Origin: Candidatus Nomurabacteria bacterium
Lineage (GTDB): Bacteria; Patescibacteriota; Minisyncoccia; Phycocordibacterales; UBA918
Assembly (NCBI GenBank): GCA_020632155.1
Contig: JACKGE010000002.1
Location: 21,293 to 85,292 of the forward strand
Length of the DNA stretch: 64,000 nt
Reading direction: 5' to 3'
Part shown: piece by piece, positions 54,977-63,188 of the stretch
Position numbering within the stretch: position 1 is the first letter of the stretch
How the letters are laid out: each line of letters starts with the position of its first letter
Notes under the pieces: generated by a model
What the model was told of the DNA's origin: nothing
The model's database searches: none
What the model saw: the letters and a program-made list of their open reading frames with translations, nothing else
Translations under genes and position numbers: made by a program

Positions 54977-56008
54977 TTACTCAACGAGCATGTATGAACC
55001 GTTGGAAAGCCGTTTGAAAATGTTGGTGTCTTGTAGGTTGACCACAATAGTGTTGTCTTTGACGTAGCGCTCTTTACGAACCTTGTCGATAATTTCTTCA
55101 CGGGTAAGCGGGCCGTTCTTTTCAAGAATTTCGCGCAAGACATCTTTTACGACACCAGCAGAGTATCCCCATTCAGAAAGTGCGTAAAGACCGCGGCCAA
55201 CCAGTACAAAGCGCTCATCCTTAATGAGTTCGTTGTGGGTTGTGGCGGTGTGTGCTTTTTTGCCAAAAAGCTCGTTAATAGCCCCTGCTACTTCTCGGAA
55301 GTGCATTGGAGAGCCGTGGCGCTTTACTGCCAAGTACGCATAATCGCGAATGCCTTTAACGCGAACATTTGGGCTTTCGGCATGACCCCACTCACCAAGT
55401 GGATTATTAGTGATCTCTTTAGAAATAGTAAGCCAGCGCTTTAGTATCTGCTCATCGTATTTGTCAGCAATATCAATAAGTTGATCTCGGAAGCGAGCTA
55501 GGACTTCTTCTTCGGAAATAAGCTCGTCAGCAGCGAGGGACTGGTATACGTTCTTAAGGGCCTTTTCCACCGTCTCCGCTATTTTCTTTTCTGTGTACCA
55601 GCGATGTGCGTAGGCATTGTTTTCTTTGTTACGGTAAAACGGACTACCAAGGACTAGCAGGAAGTAAATGTGATTGCGGGTTGCTTGATCTTTCGTCAAG
55701 CTATCAAGCAGTTCATGTTCAGCGATAAGCCCACCGCCAAGTGAGACAATGGCTTCCTGAAGCTCGTCAAAGACGGATTGAAACTCGCTGTATACATCTG
55801 ACTTTTGAATAGACTGAATGCCGTAGTTCTCGATTTGACGCACTCGCTCACGTGTAATGCCGTAGGTCTGGCCAATGGCCTCTAGTGTATACGTCTCAGT
55901 TTCTTTACCAAGCCCGTAGCGCTTTTCAAGCACATCACGAGCACGCTCAGGAAGAGCGGCCAGTAGTTTTTTGGTTACTTGTTTTGGTTTAAACGTAATC
56001 ATAATCAA
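54977..56008 (-). CDS. Protein with an N-terminal sigma-70 region-4-like HTH followed by a ~250-aa domain of unknown function
   Basis: LPERARDVLEKRYGL...TLEAIGQTYGITRERVRQIENYGIQSI matches sigma70 region 4.2; regions 2 and 3 are absent. Confidence 0.5.
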   Translation of the reverse strand: MIMITFKPKQVTKKLLAALPERARDVLEKRYGLGKETETYTLEAIGQTYGITRERVRQIENYGIQSIQKSDVYSEFQSVFDELQEAIVSLGGGLIAEHELLDSLTKDQATRNHIYFLLVLGSPFYRNKENNAYAHRWYTEKKIAETVEKALKNVYQSLAADELISEEEVLARFRDQLIDIADKYDEQILKRWLTISKEITNNPLGEWGHAESPNVRVKGIRDYAYLAVKRHGSPMHFREVAGAINELFGKKAHTATTHNELIKDERFVLVGRGLYALSEWGYSAGVVKDVLREILEKNGPLTREEIIDKVRKERYVKDNTIVVNLQDTNIFKRLSNGSYMLVE

Positions 56009-56102
56009 TCTGGTTGTCCTAAAAGGGTGGCTTTTTTAAGCCGTATAATTATTGTGACGCCTATTTTTACCATGGCTGTTGACACAAGTCAACACTCCCA
56101 CT

Positions 56103-58877
56103 CTAATCACTGGTGATGATGTTAAGAATGCGGCCCGGTACGTAAATGACTTTTCCAATGTTTTTATCAACTAAATACTTTTGGATGGAAGATTGTCCCT
56201 TGGCAGCAAGCAGCGCCTCTTCTTCACTAACATCAGGGGCAAGTTCGATAGCGCCACGCATTTTGCCATTTACTTGAACACCAATGGTGACCACGTCATC
56301 AATGGCCAGACTCGGGTCAGCAACTGGGAACTCTTCTAAGTGGACTGAGTTTGTCTTTCCTGCTTCGTGCCACAGTTCTTCAGTAAGGTGGGGCGCAAAC
56401 GGGGCGAGTGACTTAAGGAACATCTCGTAACTTTTTTTTGCAAGACCTTGTTTTTCTACTAAGTTCACAAACTGCATCATGGCACTAATCGCGGTATTGA
56501 ACTTGTACAGCCGTATGTCTGTGCGTAGTTTAAGAATGGTTTTATGTAGAGCTTTAGTTACTTCACTGTTTTCTGTTTCAACAAAATGTTCATGAAGGCC
56601 GTTAACACGCTCTAAAAAGCGACGAATGCCGGCAATGCCACCCATGTCCCACGGGTAGTTAGCCACCTCGCCGTACGGACCCATAAACGCAAGGTACATT
56701 TTTACGCTATCGGCACCCACTCTACTCACCTGCTCATCAGGATCAATGACGTTGCCTTTACTTTTACTCATCTTGTTTCCGTCTGGCCCTAGGATGAGTC
56801 CGCGATTGATACGCTTCGCGTATGGCTCATCGTCAACAACAAGACCAAGGTCAAACAGTGCTTTCTGCCAAAATCGAGAGTACAACAGGTGCATGGTTGT
56901 GTGTTCTGCTCCGCCAAAGTAGATGTCGATCGGCATCCATTTTTTTTGCTGCTCAAGTGCAGACAGTGCGTCAGTGTTCTCGTTATCAATGTAGCGCAAA
57001 AAATACCACGATGAGTCTACAAACGTATCGAGTGTCTCCACTTCTGGTGTCCAGCCAGCACCGAATAACTTTTCAGTACGCTCTTTTAGTTCTTTGCTTT
57101 TAGCCAGCGGAGCTTCTCCGGTTGGCTTAAAATCAACATCACTTGGCAACGTCCACGGCAGGTGTTCTTTTGGCACAGCGTGCGGCTTCCCTTCTGGATC
57201 GTAAACGATTGGAATCGGCACACCCCAGTACCGTTGTCGTCCTACCGACCAGTCGCGTAAGCGGTACGTGCTCGTCATACGGCCACCGACTTTTTTCACA
57301 ATAGCCTCTTTGGCATCTTCTGAGCTCATGCCGTCAAATTCTTCGGAGTTGTGTAATACACCGAGATCTGTATTAAAAGCCTTCTTTCCATGTAACGCCT
57401 CAAGGAGAACTCGAAGAGAGTCTGCCAAGTTATCTCTTTCAAGTAATTCTTCAATTGTTAATTCGAGAACAGCCTCACCTTCGTGCAATACGTAGTTACT
57501 TTGAATATCACTAAAATGCGTCGCTGAGATATAGCAGTCTGACTTTACTGAAGGATATGTATATGAACCGACGGCATCATATCCACGCAAATCAATCTCA
57601 AGTTCTTCGTTAATCTCTCTGACTACTGCACTTAGGACATCCTCGTCATTCTCAATTGCACCACCAAAAAGACCGATCTTCCCAGAATTTGTTTTTGCAT
57701 CTAAGTCTCGTAACTGCCAGAGAAATGTTCCAGGCTTGTCTTTTACTTCAAGTAACGCACCTGAGTGTGTAATTTTCTGAGGAGCAACAACTGACTTGAT
57801 CGCAATTCCGTATTTTTGTGCAAACGTAAAGTCTCGTTCATCGTGCGCTGGAACTGCCATAATGGCGCCAGTGCCATAAGACGCAAGTACATAGTCAGCA
57901 ATAAATACTGGTATTTCTTCATTGTTGGCTGGATTTGTAGCTGTGATACCTTCAAGCCGTACACCTGTTTTCTCCTTAGTGGCATCAAGTCGGTCTTGTT
58001 CGTTTTTTTGTGTACTTAGTACGATATATCGTACTACTTCGTCCCAGTTTTGTATCTGTTTCTTGTTCTTTTCCAAAAGTGGGTGCTCTGGCGCTAAGAC
58101 CATATAGGTAGCGCCAAATAGTGTGTCTGGACGCGTGGTAAAGACTGTCACGTTGTCACCAGTTGATAGTTTGAAGTCGATCTCAGCTCCTTTAGAGCGG
58201 CCGATCCACCTCCGCTGTGCTTCTTTGATGTGTTCTGGCCAATCAACCTTTTCGAGATCGTCTACCAAACGATCAGCGTAATTAGTGATACGGAGCATCC
58301 ACTGCGGCATTTCTTTTTTCTCAATAACGTCACCACTCCGTTCACAGGTACCGTCAGCCAAAACTTGTTCATTAGCAATAACGGTGTTACACCCTGGGCA
58401 CCAGTTGACTATACCTTTGCCACGAAACGCTATATCGTTTTCAAAAAACTGCGTAAACATCCACTGTGTCCATTTATAGTAGTCTTCATCGGTAGAACTC
58501 GTAGTTTTGTCCCACGAAAAGGCATTGCCCATGCTCTTAAGTTGGTTCTTCATGTGAGCAATATTGCTCTCGGTCCACGTCCGTGGGTCAGTATCGCGCT
58601 TAATGGCCGCATTTTCGGCTGGTAGACCGAATGCATCAAAACCCATTGGATACAAAACTTGTTTTCCTTGCATGCGCTGAAAACGTACATAAATATCAGG
58701 CACGGCAAAAGCGTGCCAGTGGCCAATATGGAGGTTTCCTGAAGGATATGGCCACTCCACCAGTACGTACTCTTTTTCTTTGTTTGTATCACGCTGTCCT
58801 ACTTCGTAGAGCTTTTGTTCCTCCCAAAGTTGTTGCCATTTCTGCTCAATAGCGGCAGCGTCGAACTTTTTATGCAT
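56103..58877 (-). CDS. leuS: Leucyl-tRNA synthetase
   Basis: PYPSGNLHIGHWHAF (HIGH) and KMSKSKGN motifs; 924 aa. Confidence 0.95.
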   Translation of the reverse strand: MHKKFDAAAIEQKWQQLWEEQKLYEVGQRDTNKEKEYVLVEWPYPSGNLHIGHWHAFAVPDIYVRFQRMQGKQVLYPMGFDAFGLPAENAAIKRDTDPRTWTESNIAHMKNQLKSMGNAFSWDKTTSSTDEDYYKWTQWMFTQFFENDIAFRGKGIVNWCPGCNTVIANEQVLADGTCERSGDVIEKKEMPQWMLRITNYADRLVDDLEKVDWPEHIKEAQRRWIGRSKGAEIDFKLSTGDNVTVFTTRPDTLFGATYMVLAPEHPLLEKNKKQIQNWDEVVRYIVLSTQKNEQDRLDATKEKTGVRLEGITATNPANNEEIPVFIADYVLASYGTGAIMAVPAHDERDFTFAQKYGIAIKSVVAPQKITHSGALLEVKDKPGTFLWQLRDLDAKTNSGKIGLFGGAIENDEDVLSAVVREINEELEIDLRGYDAVGSYTYPSVKSDCYISATHFSDIQSNYVLHEGEAVLELTIEELLERDNLADSLRVLLEALHGKKAFNTDLGVLHNSEEFDGMSSEDAKEAIVKKVGGRMTSTYRLRDWSVGRQRYWGVPIPIVYDPEGKPHAVPKEHLPWTLPSDVDFKPTGEAPLAKSKELKERTEKLFGAGWTPEVETLDTFVDSSWYFLRYIDNENTDALSALEQQKKWMPIDIYFGGAEHTTMHLLYSRFWQKALFDLGLVVDDEPYAKRINRGLILGPDGNKMSKSKGNVIDPDEQVSRVGADSVKMYLAFMGPYGEVANYPWDMGGIAGIRRFLERVNGLHEHFVETENSEVTKALHKTILKLRTDIRLYKFNTAISAMMQFVNLVEKQGLAKKSYEMFLKSLAPFAPHLTEELWHEAGKTNSVHLEEFPVADPSLAIDDVVTIGVQVNGKMRGAIELAPDVSEEEALLAAKGQSSIQKYLVDKNIGKVIYVPGRILNIITSD

Positions 58878-58941
58878 ATACGTACCTCCGTGTTTTAGCT
58901 AGTAACACAAAGGCCATTATGCCGTTAACAGCGAATATGTC

Positions 58942-58968
58942 AAAGGCAGACCGTGTGGTCTGCCTTTT
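58942..58968. terminator. Intrinsic terminator hairpin (aaaggcagacc-gtgt-ggtctgcctttt)
   Basis: Perfect 10-bp stem flanked by A and T runs, between the 58972 gene end and the leuS start. Confidence 0.7.
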
Positions 58969-58971
58969 GCG

Positions 58972-59901
58972 CTAATCAATTAATGTAGGTTTAAGTTCTT
59001 GATCAAGGATAATCGTGCGCTCAAAGCATTTTGTACCAGCATCATGTTCCCAGTCTTGATTTTGGTAGTAACGGATATCAGTTGCCACTGGTCGAGCGTA
59101 CGAATACTGGTCGTACTCTGGTGTTGGCGCGCCAAACTCGGCGCATAGTTCGTATGTGGTATCACCAGTGACTTTGTACTCGTACGCAGCCCTTCCTTCT
59201 GGCGCTACTGGTACCTTTGCACCGTTTTGATACACAGATTTAAGGTCGCTTGGTAACTCACTTTGTGTTGCGTAGTACTCTTCGATACGCCACTGCATAT
59301 CTTGGAGGTCATTAATCTGATTTTGATCTATTGATTGCTCACGTACGAGACTCGGAGCGTCGATTTGATAGTAGCCGTAGACTATCGCAGCAATGACCAC
59401 AACAGCGGCAATAGCTCCACATTGAATAGACATCTTTTCGCGGGTATTCCAGAAGCCAATCGCGTCACGGCGATAGTACTCAAATGCAGCACCCACTACG
59501 ATGAACATCGATACAGCTTTGAGCAGAAATCGAGTGGTAAGTTCGCCGTTTAGAAACGCCATAATAACAGCCACCAGATCACCGAGCATCACCAAACCTC
59601 CAACAAGGAGTGCTGCGTAGACTAACCACTTAGTAAGCGTGTGATACAGACCTGACTCATGACGACGTGCCACATTAACTTTGCGAGTTAATAAGAGGTA
59701 CGTAGGGAAAAACACTAGCAAACTGGCTATGGCGTAGCGAATACCTTCTTGCGCATTACTATATTCCCAACTAGCCGCAGCGGCATCAGGAAATACGAGG
59801 TTGATAATGCCGAAGAGTAGGACCAGTAAACTACTGATAGAGACAATAAGTGCAATAAGAGCCCCAAGCTGGAGCGCCATGTTTTTGGGTGTATGTTCCA
59901 T
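58972..59901 (-). CDS. Hypothetical polytopic membrane protein
   Basis: Several TM helices; no motif recognised. Confidence 0.4.
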   Translation of the reverse strand: MEHTPKNMALQLGALIALIVSISSLLVLLFGIINLVFPDAAAASWEYSNAQEGIRYAIASLLVFFPTYLLLTRKVNVARRHESGLYHTLTKWLVYAALLVGGLVMLGDLVAVIMAFLNGELTTRFLLKAVSMFIVVGAAFEYYRRDAIGFWNTREKMSIQCGAIAAVVVIAAIVYGYYQIDAPSLVREQSIDQNQINDLQDMQWRIEEYYATQSELPSDLKSVYQNGAKVPVAPEGRAAYEYKVTGDTTYELCAEFGAPTPEYDQYSYARPVATDIRYYQNQDWEHDAGTKCFERTIILDQELKPTLID

Positions 59902-59945
59902 ATGTTGTATTATACATCTAATATCAACTTATAGTTACACGGTAG

Positions 59946-60215
59946 ATGAAAGCTGAAGATATCAAAAAAGCACCAAAATTGTTTGCTGAAAACATAAAAC
60001 TTGGCTATACGCCTGAGTATTTTGTCATGGGTATCAGCTCTGGCAATCAAGCCCAGATATATACCCTAACCCCTGCTCATGCTAAACGACTTAAACAGTA
60101 TTTAGAGCACGAGCTTAAAGATTTTGAAGCCAAACATGGTGAGATAACCGCTGAATGGAATCCGAATGTAGTTAGTCCGGTACAGAGGGCAAATCCACCG
60201 AGCGAAGGTAGCTAG
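59946..60215 (+). CDS. Small hypothetical protein (89 aa)
   Basis: ORF with a plausible amphipathic composition; its last 24 nt are duplicated about 200 bp downstream. Confidence 0.4.
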   Translation: MKAEDIKKAPKLFAENIKLGYTPEYFVMGISSGNQAQIYTLTPAHAKRLKQYLEHELKDFEAKHGEITAEWNPNVVSPVQRANPPSEGS

Positions 60216-60451
60216 AGTTTGTTATCTAAAATGAATTAGCATTTTGGATTTACAAATCTCTACTTCGCGAATGGATTTGCCAGACGGAGCCGGTATACAA
60301 GACAAGTGAAGCGAGGGCTTGTCGGCGAGTCTGGGGAGGAAGTTCTTAGAAAAATTGGAGTTTACGAACAATTTTACTTAGAAACTTGACCCCTAATCCA
60401 CCAAGCGAAGGAAGCTAGACACAACAATGGCCCCGAAGGGCCGAATGTAAC

Positions 60452-60577
60452 TCACTGTACAGCTGCGGTTACGGAAGTGGTGTCGCGTGACATGTTTTCG
60501 TGTCTTTCGTACGACACCCAAACCCAATACAGCATAAAAAAAGAAATGCAGATCACGAAGCGCAGTGAATCGTTCAT
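60452..60577 (-). CDS. Putative 41-aa hydrophobic peptide with a strong SD (GGGAGGA)
   Basis: Manual translation gives MNDSLRFVICISFFMLYWVWVSYERHENMSRDTTSVTAAVQ. SD 6 nt upstream; followed by the ggccccgaagggcc hairpin. Confidence 0.35.
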   Translation of the reverse strand: MNDSLRFVICISFFMLYWVWVSYERHENMSRDTTSVTAAVQ

Positions 60578-60641
60578 GTTCGTATCCTCCCTACTTTCAC
60601 ATTACTCTTTATAATCAGCTACGCGAGATGCTTCTGTGTAT

Positions 60642-60672
60642 AAAAACCGCCCGGCGCACAGAGCGCCGGGCG
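60642..60672 (-). terminator. Intrinsic terminator after the 38-aa micro-ORF
   Basis: cgcccggcgc-tctgt-gcgccgggcg followed by a T run on the minus strand. Confidence 0.7.
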
Positions 60673-60712
60673 TTGGTCTGTCATCCCTTGACCTGACTTA
60701 CTCCCGTAAGGG

Positions 60713-60829
60713 CTAAAGGATAACGAGGCGCATTGTTGCGATCCAGACTTCTTCTGCCGCCGGTGCCAGCCACAGAACCGTAATCAGTACCACGAGTCCT
60801 GCAAAAAACCACTTGAGGGTATTTTTCAT
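60713..60829 (-). CDS. Putative 38-aa small membrane protein, 15 nt downstream of the ychF stop, with an AGGAGG SD
   Basis: Manual translation gives MKNTLKWFFAGLVVLITVLWLAPAAEEVWIATMRLVIL; one TM helix. Confidence 0.4.
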   Translation of the reverse strand: MKNTLKWFFAGLVVLITVLWLAPAAEEVWIATMRLVIL

Positions 60830-60844
60830 TGCCTTGTCCTCCTG

Positions 60845-61945
60845 CTAAGAATGCATGAATTCAATGACGTCACCATCGGCAACGATATATTCTTTCCCCT
60901 CTGTTCGAAGCTTACCTTGTTCTCGTGCTTTGGCAAGTGAACCGGCAGCCACCAGATCAGCAAACGCAACCACTTGGGCGCGGATGTACTTGTCTTTAAA
61001 GTCGGTATGAATCGCAGCCCCTGCTTCTGGCCCAGTGCTGGCGGCCGCAATTGTCCACGCGCGCGTCTCTTTCTCGCCCGTTGTAAAGTAGGAAATAAGC
61101 CCGAGGCGGTGGTAACAGGCACGTATCAAAGATTCTATACCACTGTCTTGTGCTCCATACTCTCGTCTAAACTCAGTTTTTTCAGCTTCTTCTAGGTCTT
61201 TAAGCTCGTGCTCCATACCGGCATCTACAACAACGTACTCTGCGCCTGTGTTTTCAAAAAACTCCGTTAGCTCTTGCCAGCGTGGGTCATTTTGCTCATC
61301 AAGGTTAAAGGCCCCGTTCTTACGATTGCAAACATATAGAAATGGCTTCATGGTCAGCAAATGTAAACCTTTAATGATAGCTTTTTGCTCTTTATCAAGC
61401 TCAAAGCTGTTAGCCAACTGCCCTGCTTCTAGGTGCTTTAGGAGTGGCTCCAGTATGGCCTTCTCAGTTAGTGCAGTTTTCTCGCTACGCTTCACCTCAC
61501 GTTCGATGTTGCCAAGACGCTTTGCAACCGTTTCTGCGTCTGCCATGATGAGCTCAAGGTTAATAACCTCGATATCGCTTAGTGGATCAACGACGCCGGA
61601 GACATGGTGCACATCCTCGTCTTCAAATATACGCACCACTTCCGCCACCATATTAACCTCGCGTATGTTAGAAAGAAATTTATTGCCGAGCCCCTCACCG
61701 GCAGAGGCTCCTTTTACCAGTCCGGCAATATCAACAAATTCCACAATTGCGGGAATGGTTTCTTGGCTGCCAGAAATATCACTCAGTGTTTTGAGTCGAT
61801 TGTCAGGCACAGCCACCACACCCACGGATGGGTCGATGGTGCAAAAGGGGTAGTTTTCCGCTGGCACACTACTGCGAGTAAGTGCATTGAAAAGCGTTGA
61901 TTTACCAACGTTGGGGAGTCCTACGATACCGACACTTAAACTCAT
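60845..61945 (-). CDS. ychF: Ribosome-binding ATPase YchF (Obg-like ATPase)
   Basis: G1 GLPNVGKSTLFNALT, G3/G4 motifs, C-terminal TGS domain. Confidence 0.9.
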   Translation of the reverse strand: MSLSVGIVGLPNVGKSTLFNALTRSSVPAENYPFCTIDPSVGVVAVPDNRLKTLSDISGSQETIPAIVEFVDIAGLVKGASAGEGLGNKFLSNIREVNMVAEVVRIFEDEDVHHVSGVVDPLSDIEVINLELIMADAETVAKRLGNIEREVKRSEKTALTEKAILEPLLKHLEAGQLANSFELDKEQKAIIKGLHLLTMKPFLYVCNRKNGAFNLDEQNDPRWQELTEFFENTGAEYVVVDAGMEHELKDLEEAEKTEFRREYGAQDSGIESLIRACYHRLGLISYFTTGEKETRAWTIAAASTGPEAGAAIHTDFKDKYIRAQVVAFADLVAAGSLAKAREQGKLRTEGKEYIVADGDVIEFMHS

Positions 61946-61987
61946 GGGGAGTAGCTTAACAGATTTACAGATTTATAAAAGAAAATT

Positions 61988-62017
61988 GCCGGAGTCACGC
62001 GGCAAGGTGACTCCGGC
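61988..62017. terminator. Terminator-like hairpin (gccggagtcac-gcggcaag-gtgactccggc) downstream of the 62132 gene
   Basis: 11-bp perfect GC-rich stem; sits inside a larger nested stem cgcggcttcag/ctgaagcgcg. Confidence 0.55.
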
Positions 62018-62131
62018 GCGCTTCAGCGTCCCAACGAGGGAGTGGGACGTCCGGAATTGAACTTGTTCATACAAACTGAAGCCGCGCTAATATAGCACAC
62101 AAAAAACGCTTTTCAATAGAGACTGTGCACA

Positions 62132-62710
62132 CTAATAAGCCTTGCGTCCTAAGGCCTCGACTTCCGCGAGCCATTTGTCACGAAGTTTGTCATCGACACG
62201 TTCGCAGGGGCCGTAGGCGGTGACTTTAGTGCGAAGACCGGCAAACTCTAAGATACCGTACTGGATCTCGTTGGTATAGTCACCAAACTGCCACCACGTC
62301 TTAAACGGAGAATGGGTGCCGGCGACAACGATAACACGAGCGGTCTTCCCTTTCAGGCGTTGAATGAGTTTTTTTGTCTCCTTGTCAAAGTTAAACGCAA
62401 ACCCTGGAATCCAAAACCGATCAAACAGACCTTTAAGCAAGGCAGGCATGGTATTCCACCAGTTTGGGTACACAATGACCACATGGTCAGCCACGCGGAT
62501 ACTCTCTTGCATGGCCAATAGATCTGGCTCTAACGGTTGAATTTCCTTGTAGCCCTTATGTAAAATTGGGTCAAACTGTAGTTCGCCCAGATTGTAACGA
62601 GTCACTTCGTGCCCGGCTTCAGTAGCGCCGCGGACATAGGCATCTGCAAGACTACCGGAATACGTTTCCTTGTCGGGATTACCAAGAATAAGTACTATTT
62701 TCTTTGTCAT
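62132..62710 (-). CDS. Flavodoxin-like fold NAD(P)H dehydrogenase (quinone)/FMN reductase family
   Basis: MTKKIVLILGNPDKETYSGSLADAY...VIVYPNWWNTMPALLKG matches the Flavodoxin_2 (NQO1/KefF/YrkL-like) pattern. Confidence 0.7.
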   Translation of the reverse strand: MTKKIVLILGNPDKETYSGSLADAYVRGATEAGHEVTRYNLGELQFDPILHKGYKEIQPLEPDLLAMQESIRVADHVVIVYPNWWNTMPALLKGLFDRFWIPGFAFNFDKETKKLIQRLKGKTARVIVVAGTHSPFKTWWQFGDYTNEIQYGILEFAGLRTKVTAYGPCERVDDKLRDKWLAEVEALGRKAY

Positions 62711-62773
62711 TAAACTCAGTATACGATACAGCCCACACCTTTGGTGTGGGCTGTATGTTGATAGAAAGCAGGT

Positions 62774-63088
62774 CTACCTTCGTATGCTACCGTTGGGATT
62801 AAACCTTCCGGCCGTACCGCCCTGCATAGCAGCTAACTTTTGCTGCATTTGTGGGCTCATGATCTTCATGATCTCAGCCTGATATTTAGGTAGCACCTTC
62901 ATTCCGGCCGCCATTTGGTTGTTTCCGTTCTTTTTCAGTTCTTCTTGCATCTCCTTCGCAATCTTTTCAAATAGTTTTGGGTCTTTTTCCACCAACTCCA
63001 TAATCATTTGTTGTTGATCCGCCGGCACATTTTTTAGCTGTTTTTCAATAAGTTTTTTAACAGCAAAATTCTTTATTTTTCCAAACAT
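62774..63088 (-). CDS. Hypothetical Gln/Lys-rich small protein
   Basis: ORF only. Confidence 0.3.
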   Translation of the reverse strand: MFGKIKNFAVKKLIEKQLKNVPADQQQMIMELVEKDPKLFEKIAKEMQEELKKNGNNQMAAGMKVLPKYQAEIMKIMSPQMQQKLAAMQGGTAGRFNPNGSIRR

Positions 63089-63188
63089 AGGCGTCTATTG
63101 TAACAAGTTTAGTGGGTGCAGCAAGAAGTATGGTGTAATAGCGTCTAAGTCTTGACAAATCACAATTTTATAGCAATTATAGTCGTCT

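Noticed and set aside
61946-62131. tRNA-like T-loop (gttcaattcc on the minus strand)
   Set aside because: Flanking bases do not form a T-stem, and no acceptor or anticodon arms can be built; treated as a coincidental match within a nested hairpin.
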